IMG/VR virus record: IMGVR_UViG_3300005669_000010
Span: 1,139-65,138 of that record
Strand: one strand, 5' to 3'
DNA length: 64,000 nucleotides
DNA from: a virus
A program made the translations under genes and the position numbers. Below are positions 54,760 through 62,703 of the stretch, one piece after another; positions within the stretch are counted from its first letter, which is position 1, and each line of letters opens with the position of its first letter. The notes under the pieces were generated by a model, which was given only the letters and a program-made list of their open reading frames with translations, had not been told where the DNA came from and made no database searches.

Positions 54760-57516
54760 ATGACAAACAGGAGTAAGTCGCAGCCAGACGATGTGACCGA
54801 ACGCGCACAGGCAGCTGTTCGAGCTTTCCGTCAAATGCAACACGGACTGACCTCCTATGCTCGTGCCATCACCGGCGACAAGAAAACTCGTATCGAGATT
54901 ATCGCATCTGGACCGCCACGCACTGATGGAACCATTATCTACTACCGTCCTCCGATTGCACTCGGCGACAAGACTCCGCATGACCGATTCCTCTGTGACA
55001 AGCGAGACGCAGACACTGGTTTGCAATCCTGTCCTGCGTGCAAGATCCGAGAAGAAATTCTCGTCAACATCTATCACGAAATCTCCCACATCGCCTTCGG
55101 AACCTTCGAGGACGAGAACTTCATGGCGAAAGCCAGTAAAGTCAATCCGTACCTTCCTGCGCTATACAACAGCCTGGAAGATAGTCGAGTTGATGCAAAG
55201 ATGTTTACCGCCAGGAAGGGCATCAGGAAGATGCTCGAAGCTGACACATTGAATATCCTTCGCGAAGGAGTTCCAGATGCACTAGGCGAGTATCACAAGC
55301 TGAACGAGGCTCCGATCAATGCGCAGATTGCACTTGCTCTCTACATGCAGGCAACAGGATTCTCAAAGTGGCAGGAATACTTCATTAAAGAAGTCATGTC
55401 AACTGTCTCCGATCCGCTCCTGGCCGAGCTGGTGGAACAGATTCGCGAGGCACGAAACGCTCGATCTGTCTACGAAGTCTCGAAGAAAATTCTTGACAGA
55501 CTTCGTGAGTTGGGATACTACAAAACCCAGAAGGAGCAGGAAGAGGAAGATGAAGCCAAGCAAGAAGAATCCGAAAGCCAGGAGCAAGGAGAGGATCAAG
55601 GCAACGAGGAAGCCCTCTCCGCCGACGATGCCTCCGATCCATCTGACCAGGAAGATCGAGACGCTTCTGGGGAGAAGTCTGACGACCGAGGAGACGGAGA
55701 TGCTTCGCCGGATGATCCTGATAAAGGGAACCCAGGTGAGGATGATGCTCCTGGCGGAGCCGATCCTGAAGAGGGCACTCCTGGCGACAATGAGCAAGAG
55801 GAGGGGCCTGGAGAAGAGTCTGGAGACGACGTACCTGACCTCGCTGGCGGAAATGACGAGGGATCAGGCGATGGATCGGATTCTGATCGGAATGAAGCTG
55901 GAGAAAGCGAGGGCGGAGGAGGCGAGGCTTCGGAGGAATCTCCAGAGGATCAGTCTACTGAGGCTGGTTCGAGCGACAAAGAAGGAGAAGTAGAAGATGG
56001 CGCAAGTGGTGACGGAGTATCTGAAGTATCTTATGATGCACCCCGAGATGACGACGGAGAACCTGGGAGCAGGCCTGCCGAAGACAACTCCAAAGGAGGC
56101 TCTTCTGAGGATTCGGACACGGCTGATGATTCAGGAGATGATGGATCATCCGACTCGTCCGACGCAGACTCTCGCAGCGGGGGCGATCAAGAAGACGAAC
56201 GGAACGACGGCAGCGAGAGTGACTCTGATGCGAAACAGGGTGATCGGGAACGCCGCCAGCCTGACCACGGTGGTGAAGGTGAGGGGGACGGAGGCAGCAC
56301 GGAATCGAATGTTCTTCCTGACGAACAAGTCTCTGACGATGACAACGGCGATCAAGGAGCTTCAGAAGTACCAAGCGAAGGGACTCCCGATGAGCGATCC
56401 GAGGGGGACACCAGCTTTACTGGACCTGAGGACGGAGCCGATGGGGACGATTCCTCACTACCTGACCCTTTTGAGTCCGGCGCCGACGAAGGACGAGGCG
56501 GAATCGAAGCTGACTTCCGACACGGAGACGAGGCCGACGTAGAAGCGGCGCTCGATCACGGGCACTCCATCAAGCACGAAGAGGTCAAAGAAACTGTCGC
56601 CGAGGAAGCTGCAGTTGCAACCGCAGTCCTTCAAGGCAAGTACTTCGAGACCCCATCTGTCGGCGTTGATGAAATCGAGGAGCATTGCTACGCTGACGAC
56701 AGGACTCCCGGCTGGGACCGGAGTAAACTGAACTCGGCAGACCTCCACTGGATGGGCGTTGAGTGCAACACCGATATCCCAGAGTCTATCCTCGGTTCAG
56801 CACTACTCAAGACCCGACGCATCTTTAGCGACAACAAGAACAGTTCCTATCAGCCCAATCTCCGCTCTGGGCGGGTCAACTCAAAGGTGCTGGGGCGACG
56901 TGCATGGAACGATGACGATCGACTGTTCGGGAAAAAGCGCATCCCGGCCAAGAGAGATTACGCCGTCCAGGTTATGGTTGACATCAGTTCCTCAAACTTT
57001 GGTGACAATCTGGTTCGACTCAAGAGAAGTGTAATTGCACAGGCCGAACTCATGCATCGAGTAGGCGTGGACTTTAGTATCGTGGCTCATTCCGCATCTG
57101 CCGGGAGGGCGCGACGCGGGTACGCGCTTCATCTTCATCATGTGAAGGATTGGTCCGAACCGTGGAACGCAGAGACGCGCACACGGGCCGAGAGGATTGT
57201 CCCAATGGGGGGAAATCTCGACGGTCACGCGATGGAATACGGGAGGCGGAGGTTGGAGTCGACATCTGCAACGGACAAGATCTTGCTCTACTACACAGAC
57301 GGAAAGATGCCCGCTGCCAACCATGACGAGGAGCTCGAAGTTCTGGAGCGTCAAATCAAGTTGGCTAAGCGTGCAGGAATCACACTCCTCGGTGTAGGGA
57401 TGGACACGGACAGCCCACTGCGTCACGGCCTTGATACGGTCATGGTTTCCACCGATGACGACATTAAGTCTGTCGTGGAGCACCTAGGGAAGCGCCTAGC
57501 CAAAATGGGCCGATAG
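54760..57516 (+). CDS. CobT-like protein: HExxH domain, very long acidic linker, C-terminal VWA (MIDAS)
   Basis: HEISH, NSLEDSRV, LRSGRVN, VDISSS, YTDG.P, GVG. Confidence 0.88.
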   Translation: MTNRSKSQPDDVTERAQAAVRAFRQMQHGLTSYARAITGDKKTRIEIIASGPPRTDGTIIYYRPPIALGDKTPHDRFLCDKRDADTGLQSCPACKIREEILVNIYHEISHIAFGTFEDENFMAKASKVNPYLPALYNSLEDSRVDAKMFTARKGIRKMLEADTLNILREGVPDALGEYHKLNEAPINAQIALALYMQATGFSKWQEYFIKEVMSTVSDPLLAELVEQIREARNARSVYEVSKKILDRLRELGYYKTQKEQEEEDEAKQEESESQEQGEDQGNEEALSADDASDPSDQEDRDASGEKSDDRGDGDASPDDPDKGNPGEDDAPGGADPEEGTPGDNEQEEGPGEESGDDVPDLAGGNDEGSGDGSDSDRNEAGESEGGGGEASEESPEDQSTEAGSSDKEGEVEDGASGDGVSEVSYDAPRDDDGEPGSRPAEDNSKGGSSEDSDTADDSGDDGSSDSSDADSRSGGDQEDERNDGSESDSDAKQGDRERRQPDHGGEGEGDGGSTESNVLPDEQVSDDDNGDQGASEVPSEGTPDERSEGDTSFTGPEDGADGDDSSLPDPFESGADEGRGGIEADFRHGDEADVEAALDHGHSIKHEEVKETVAEEAAVATAVLQGKYFETPSVGVDEIEEHCYADDRTPGWDRSKLNSADLHWMGVECNTDIPESILGSALLKTRRIFSDNKNSSYQPNLRSGRVNSKVLGRRAWNDDDRLFGKKRIPAKRDYAVQVMVDISSSNFGDNLVRLKRSVIAQAELMHRVGVDFSIVAHSASAGRARRGYALHLHHVKDWSEPWNAETRTRAERIVPMGGNLDGHAMEYGRRRLESTSATDKILLYYTDGKMPAANHDEELEVLERQIKLAKRAGITLLGVGMDTDSPLRHGLDTVMVSTDDDIKSVVEHLGKRLAKMGR

Positions 57517-57533
57517 CCGGTCAACAAATAGGC

Positions 57534-57635
57534 TTGCAGTAGGTAGTCGCATCATGTAGGCTAGACCTATTGGCAACACGGTAACACCCCGATAGCGGGG
57601 GAATCTGATGGGGAAGTCAGTCTCTCGCTATCGGG
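57534..57635 (+). promoter_or_regulatory. promoter and long 5' leader hairpin
   Basis: TTGCAG-N17-TAGGCT; CCCGATAGCGGGGGA...TCTCTCGCTATCGGG. Confidence 0.6.
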
Positions 57636-57666
57636 TCCCAAAGACCCTTTACGGAAAGGCATCACC

Positions 57667-58086
57667 ATGAGTGTTTCGATCCAGGAGATCGAGAAGTTTG
57701 TCGGCAAGGATGCGATCATCCACCTGGTTCAGGAGGATGGCACGCTCAAGGAGCTGACGGTCAAGGTCGAGGCGGCAACGGTCGCAGGCGTGGCCTACAA
57801 GGAGAAGGGCAAGACGGGCCTTGAGCTCACGTCGCCCGACCAGATCGAGGAGATCTCGGCTGCTCCGGTGAAGCCCAAGGCTGTCGTCCAGAAGAAGGTC
57901 AAGCCCATCGAGCTCGGCGGCGCTCGTCAGCACCTCGTGGATCGCCACGGCGTCGAGCTGTCGTGGGCCAAGGAGGCCGACGAGCAGGCTGCCTTCGACT
58001 ACCACGCAGGCCTCGATCACAGCAACCTCGGTCACGTCCACGTCGAGGCCAAGCCCGACGAGCGCGAGCAGGCCCTCGCTGAGTGA
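57667..58086 (+). CDS. hypothetical protein, probably highly expressed
   Basis: Strong codon bias; His-rich C-terminus. Confidence 0.8.
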   Translation: MSVSIQEIEKFVGKDAIIHLVQEDGTLKELTVKVEAATVAGVAYKEKGKTGLELTSPDQIEEISAAPVKPKAVVQKKVKPIELGGARQHLVDRHGVELSWAKEADEQAAFDYHAGLDHSNLGHVHVEAKPDEREQALAE

Positions 58087-58343
58087 TCGGCAGGTGTGGG
58101 ACAGATAGAGGCTCGTTCGCGAGTAGGTTCGCTGTCGAAGTAGACGCAGAGGTCTTGGTGAGTCAAGATAGGTTCAGCGTCTTGCTGGAGCCGGGTTCCG
58201 GGTATCCAGTGCCTTGGTAGGAGTCAAACTCTACCAAGGCGCGCCAGCTATGCGAACGCGGGTATGTGCTAGTTCCCGCGTCAGGCGCCGACGAGGCTCG
58301 CAAATGCTAATCCCGTGAGTGACGGGGAGATAGTCACTCAACC

Positions 58344-58439
58344 GGAGGGGTAGCCCAACAGTAGAGGCAGCCTGATAATGGAAAGTCTCGTCAACAGCGA
58401 AAGCGACGAGTAGTGAGGGTTCAAATCCCTCCCCCTCCA
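58344..58439 (+). ncRNA. tRNA-like RNA lacking a canonical anticodon arm
   Basis: Acceptor GGAGGGG/CCCCTCC-A; D arm GCC/GGC; T arm GAGGG-TTCAAAT-CCCTC; 45-nt non-canonical middle. Confidence 0.65.
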
Positions 58440-58493
58440 CGGGAGTTGCCATTGGTCACTGAGGACTTCCTTTAAAAGGCAAGTGATCGTGTA

Positions 58494-58527
58494 GCGGGGA
58501 GTGTGCCAGCCGTGCCACACTCCCCGC
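58494..58527 (+). terminator. stem-loop
   Basis: GCGGGGAGTGTG/CACACTCCCCGC. Confidence 0.65.
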
Positions 58528-58551
58528 ACTTCGATAGAAAGATAGGCCTAG

Positions 58552-59328
58552 ATGTATTGCACATGTGGCGGAAGTCCCGGCTGGACACCGGCCTTCGAGC
58601 TCGATGAGCAGGGAAATAAGATTCGCGAATCCATCTGCCATGACCTCTGGGTGTGCTCGATCTGCTCTCGACCTTCAAGATTGGTGTTCATACATATGGC
58701 AAAAAGGCATATGCCGATTGGTGCAAAGAAGCTTCTCTCTGCTCACGGCAAGAAGAACGGAATCTGGATTCTTCGTTGGTCAATGAAGGATTCACAGGAA
58801 GTCGTCACAACAATGACCTTCACCCCCTACCCCAGGAAGATTGATATGCCCGGACGAGATGATGGACGAGAAGTGCTCGTTGAGATGTGGAAGATGCTTG
58901 ATGAGGACATCAACCTCATCCGCTCTGCTGATACCCCTGAGTTGAGTAGGGAGCAAGCAAAGGCTGCCGCGACCCGGACGGCAGAGATGCTTGCTATCAT
59001 CATGGCACCTTTCTATGCCGACAAGCAGGCGGTTCTTGCAGAGTCGATGACACGATGGAAGGCTCGTCAGGACGGGATCACGCACGAGTCACCTGGACTT
59101 GCAGAGTCCATCTGGGACCCGGATACCCGCTTCGACGGCACTGTCTTTGAGAAGAAGAAGGGGACAGCGAGGAGTAGTGGAGCACCAGCGAAGCCTCGTA
59201 TTGTCTTTGATGACCAGAAGACGAAGTTCATCAAGCACACTCTCGAATCAGGCCAGATGACACCCGAAGTTCTGGCTGGCATGTTCAACTGTACCGTTGA
59301 CGACATCAAGTCTGTGATGAGTGAATGA
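58552..59328 (+). CDS. hypothetical protein (N-terminal Zn ribbon, possible C-terminal HTH)
   Basis: CTC...CSIC; MTPEVLAGMFNCTVDDIK. Confidence 0.7.
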   Translation: MYCTCGGSPGWTPAFELDEQGNKIRESICHDLWVCSICSRPSRLVFIHMAKRHMPIGAKKLLSAHGKKNGIWILRWSMKDSQEVVTTMTFTPYPRKIDMPGRDDGREVLVEMWKMLDEDINLIRSADTPELSREQAKAAATRTAEMLAIIMAPFYADKQAVLAESMTRWKARQDGITHESPGLAESIWDPDTRFDGTVFEKKKGTARSSGAPAKPRIVFDDQKTKFIKHTLESGQMTPEVLAGMFNCTVDDIKSVMSE

Positions 59329-59363
59329 TCCCCGGAATGAGTCCGCGACGGGGAAAGTATGTG

Positions 59364-59399
59364 TTGACCGGGGTGGGCCGATAGTGTAAACTAGGCCTA
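59364..59399 (+). promoter_or_regulatory. sigmaA promoter with TAGGCCTA palindrome
   Basis: TTGACC-N17-TAAACT-AGGCCTA. Confidence 0.7.
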
Positions 59400-59403
59400 G
59401 CGG

Positions 59404-59793
59404 TTGAACAAAACGCATCAAACTTTAAGGAGCAAGGTCTTGCCGATTGATCCGGGTTGCCTATTCTGTGGGGACGAAGCCTGTCCCGCTCATGCAGACA
59501 AGGTGCGAAAGACAAAGGCACGAAAAGCCGCACCAGTAGCAAAAGCACAAGAAAGCACAACTGAAGATTGGCCCACCGAGAAGAAAGAAAGTGCGTTCAA
59601 GAAGCGAGCATCCGAGTCGAACGTAGTACTGTCGCAGGACGATCTACTGTTTCGCGAAGCACTCAGGAACCTTTGGCCGATAATTTCAGAGCAAGACAAG
59701 TTCAGATTCAAGGACATAGTAGAGCCACCAGTGGGAGCAGATGTAATGAAGGAAAGAGTCGAAGTGAGGAGGCAGATCAATGGGAATCTTTGA
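59404..59793 (+). CDS. hypothetical protein (start possibly TTG 59440)
   Basis: AAGGAG precedes TTG 59440; CLFC....C..H. Confidence 0.6.
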   Translation: MNKTHQTLRSKVLPIDPGCLFCGDEACPAHADKVRKTKARKAAPVAKAQESTTEDWPTEKKESAFKKRASESNVVLSQDDLLFREALRNLWPIISEQDKFRFKDIVEPPVGADVMKERVEVRRQINGNL

Positions 59794-60076
59794 TACCCTG
59801 CGTGATGCCTTTTCCGAGTTCGTTCTTGGCGAAGATGCCCCTCGCGAGCGTGCCGTTCCCCGCGACCTGACTGAGGACGATCGCCTCGGCTGGTATGATG
59901 CTGGCACCGAGCGAAGCAAAAAGGCTCCCCGCCCGTCAACCATCGAGGACGTACAGAAGCTGATCAAGAATCGAAACCCGGTGCGGTGGTACTCGCTTCA
60001 GTCTGACTTCAAGTGGGTACAGAAAGAAATGCGAAAGCTTGGACTCAATCCTGAAGATGCGAGGTACATCCTATGA
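59780..60076 (+). CDS. hypothetical protein
   Basis: GAGGAGG RBS. Confidence 0.7.
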   Translation: MGIFDTLRDAFSEFVLGEDAPRERAVPRDLTEDDRLGWYDAGTERSKKAPRPSTIEDVQKLIKNRNPVRWYSLQSDFKWVQKEMRKLGLNPEDARYIL

Positions 60077-60774
60077 TGCCCGAAGATGATTTCTCGTGGC
60101 CGGACTGCCCGGAGCACGGCGACAAGAAGCATTGGTGTCAAAAGGTTCGCGAGATTCTCGTTGCTGGCGAGGATGCAATCGAGCCCAAGCTGATCACCTG
60201 CGTTCCCATTGTGCCAGAACTGGATATCTATGCACCGGTCTCCATCGGTGACGCAGTCATTCCGATGACCACTTACAATCTGAGTCTCGTGCCAGCAGAG
60301 GACCCATTCGCCATGCCTGACCCAGACGGAGATTCGGACGAAGGTCCGTCGCTCGGCCTGTGGACCGTAGGTGAGGGTCGACTTGTCATCACCACAATCC
60401 TCATCGACTGGGCAAGCGGAAGTCCTCATACCCGATGCATCTCTTCTTCGCACGGCTTTGCCGAGGAGATGAAGGTTCAAAAGAGCGACAAGCGCGGAAA
60501 GGATGCAGACAGGTGGTCGCTGGCCTACTACGGCACCTGCTGGCCGTGCCAACAGAAGAGGTTGCCTCCCCTGGCTGGTTCCGGCGCATCGCAGATCAAC
60601 TTCACTGCGACTTCGTTTGGGCTTGAGGGAATAGGGAACCAGGTCAGGACCGCAGCCAGTGGGAGGCAGGCCCGCGCTATGGATGCACTGAGGAATCGTT
60701 ACACAAGTCGAATGACAAGTGGGCAAGACCCAACACCACAAGGTGACAACACCTGGAATCAAGGAGATTTCTAA
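60073..60774 (+). CDS. hypothetical protein
   Basis: ATGA coupling; Cys/His motifs. Confidence 0.7.
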   Translation: MMPEDDFSWPDCPEHGDKKHWCQKVREILVAGEDAIEPKLITCVPIVPELDIYAPVSIGDAVIPMTTYNLSLVPAEDPFAMPDPDGDSDEGPSLGLWTVGEGRLVITTILIDWASGSPHTRCISSSHGFAEEMKVQKSDKRGKDADRWSLAYYGTCWPCQQKRLPPLAGSGASQINFTATSFGLEGIGNQVRTAASGRQARAMDALRNRYTSRMTSGQDPTPQGDNTWNQGDF

Positions 60775-61094
60775 TGGCACAAGATCATGAGTACGTCTGC
60801 AGCGGTTGCGGGGCTGCGACGCGCCGCAGTATGCTCACGGTCAAGAAGGTCATGTTCACGACGATGGGTGAGGGTGCGCGAACGACCCGAGCTCGCGTGA
60901 AGGCCTGGCTTTGCGTTGACTGCGTCAAGAAGGATGAGGACTGGAACCTTCCGGCATACCGTCAGCCGTCAGAGCGGGTCAAGGCTCCTGTCATCGAGCC
61001 AGTAAGCGACGAGGACGCGGCGCGCCAGCGCATTCGGGAAAGCATGACTCCGAGTGTGACCTCTTATGAGCCCAGCGTGGTGTCAAATGACTGA
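60774..61094 (+). CDS. Zn-ribbon protein
   Basis: CSGC...LCVDC; TAATG coupling. Confidence 0.7.
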   Translation: MAQDHEYVCSGCGAATRRSMLTVKKVMFTTMGEGARTTRARVKAWLCVDCVKKDEDWNLPAYRQPSERVKAPVIEPVSDEDAARQRIRESMTPSVTSYEPSVVSND

Positions 61095-61704
61095 ACGAAA
61101 GCGATCCTACAAGGTTGGGCATCGTCGCGGCGCCTCAACCGTAGGCAAGCCGAAAGACAGGCTCAGTCGCAGTCGCTGGGCATGGGTGACCGTTTACTTT
61201 GGACAGTTGGTCATCTGGGCCGAGTACAAGAAAAACGAAGAGGGCGAGGAGACGGACGAGCTTCAGGACTTGAAGCTTCTCCAGCCCATCCAGAACCGTC
61301 CATCGGTGACTTGGAACCTCACCAGCTGTACCGAAGAAGAACTCGTGGCATTGAAAGAACTCATTGACACAGCATTTGAGTGGGCGCTCCCGATCGTGCG
61401 GGAGAGGGACAAGGAGGCACAAGATGCTTTTGAAAACGGTGACGACTCTCACGGTCGAATCTATCGGCAAGTACCGAAGCTCGTGTATCGCACGGGGCCA
61501 GAGTCACAACACGGCGAAGGCGTACAGCACGGACCTGAGGATGCTGCTGACATTCCACGAGACGAAGGAGATCTCGATGGAGGACTTCGAGTCGATGGCG
61601 CAGGAGTGGCTGAATCAGACCCGAGTGGAGGCATCCCCCAAGACGACGGGCCGAAGGTTGACAAGTCTCCGAGCCTTCGCCCGGTGGGCGAAGTGGGAGA
61701 CTGA
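61087..61704 (+). CDS. hypothetical protein; acidic tail overlaps the recombinase gene
   Basis: MTERKRSY...; ordered N-terminal domain. Confidence 0.65.
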   Translation: MTERKRSYKVGHRRGASTVGKPKDRLSRSRWAWVTVYFGQLVIWAEYKKNEEGEETDELQDLKLLQPIQNRPSVTWNLTSCTEEELVALKELIDTAFEWALPIVRERDKEAQDAFENGDDSHGRIYRQVPKLVYRTGPESQHGEGVQHGPEDAADIPRDEGDLDGGLRVDGAGVAESDPSGGIPQDDGPKVDKSPSLRPVGEVGD

Positions 61705-62266
61705 GCTCAACGAGTACAAGGCTCCGACTGCCGCTAAGACCATTCCGCATCCGATTCCTGAGCGGCTGGATGGCCTTAACCGAATGGTCGCCGTCTGCTC
61801 GAACAACGAACAGCGTGCCCTCGTTGGAGGCCAAGGGTTCATCGGACTTCGTGTTGCCGAGGCCCTTGCCATGCATGTCTCATGGTTCGACCCCTTCGAG
61901 ATGACGCTTCGGGTTCGCGGCAAGGGCGACAAGGAGAGGATCGTTCCCGTGAGCCCTCAGGCCTGGGAGCTGATCGGCCCCGCTTTCGTGGACGCGATGC
62001 TGGATCAATCGCGAGGCGGCAGCGGAAAGCTGATCCACTACCAGGACCGATCCGCTCGCAAGTGCATCACGAGCCTCGGTCGGAAGGCTCAACTGCGTCG
62101 AACAATCAGCAGTCACGACCTGCGCGCAACGTATGCCACGATCATGTCTGAGAACGGCGTTCCGATTCGAGTCATTCAGGAACTCTTGGGTCACTCGAGT
62201 GTCGGGTCCACCGAGATTTACACGGGTGTTCAGATGAAAGCGCTTCACGAGGCGGTTGAGTTCTAA
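61424..62266 (+). CDS. XerC/D-like tyrosine recombinase
   Basis: GLRVAE, GKGDKER.VP, HDLR, QELLGH, T.IY; AAGGAGG RBS. Confidence 0.93.
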   Translation: MLLKTVTTLTVESIGKYRSSCIARGQSHNTAKAYSTDLRMLLTFHETKEISMEDFESMAQEWLNQTRVEASPKTTGRRLTSLRAFARWAKWETELNEYKAPTAAKTIPHPIPERLDGLNRMVAVCSNNEQRALVGGQGFIGLRVAEALAMHVSWFDPFEMTLRVRGKGDKERIVPVSPQAWELIGPAFVDAMLDQSRGGSGKLIHYQDRSARKCITSLGRKAQLRRTISSHDLRATYATIMSENGVPIRVIQELLGHSSVGSTEIYTGVQMKALHEAVEF

Positions 62267-62703
62267 TGCCAAGCGTACACAAAGAGTGCGGCGCTGACAT
62301 CTCCTGGGCGCGCCGACCTGATGATCCTGAACGATTCCTTCCTCCTCTCGAGTATGCTGGCGAACTATTCGTGATTGAGAACGGCACGGCAACCCAGCAT
62401 CACGGATACAGGGTTCACCTGTGTGATCCTCAGCGGATCATCGAGTGGAAGGAATACCAAGAGCAACTCGCATCGGCCAAGGGCGAGGAGTATACTCCAT
62501 ACGCAGCCGCTCGCGAGAAAGAACTTGACGAACTATGGGCGTTTGTCGAGGGAGTTGCGTGTCCAACATGCGATGTGTCTGAAGGAAAGTGCATCTCGCA
62601 GAGTAGGCACCTCAAGTCTACGGGAGAAGTTCGGAACGTCCGTAGTCCGCATCAGTCTCGCATAGATCATGCTGAGGCTTGGAAGAAAGGTAAGAAGGAA
62701 TGA
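62266..62703 (+). CDS. hypothetical protein with Zn fingers
   Basis: CPTC....C...PH.SR. Confidence 0.7.
   Translation: MPSVHKECGADISWARRPDDPERFLPPLEYAGELFVIENGTATQHHGYRVHLCDPQRIIEWKEYQEQLASAKGEEYTPYAAAREKELDELWAFVEGVACPTCDVSEGKCISQSRHLKSTGEVRNVRSPHQSRIDHAEAWKKGKKE

Noticed and set aside
58177..58246. tRNA-Sec (8/5 fold, G discriminator)
   Set aside because: No UCA anticodon arm or long variable arm
58250..58340. SAH riboswitch or twister ribozyme
   Set aside because: Only fragments match (TGCGA..GTCAGG; TAA..GAG); the required GAGGAGCG or P4 elements are missing
58440..58490. HDV-like (theta) ribozyme after the tRNA-like element
   Set aside because: P1 and P2 topology is present but there is no P3/L3 or P1.1
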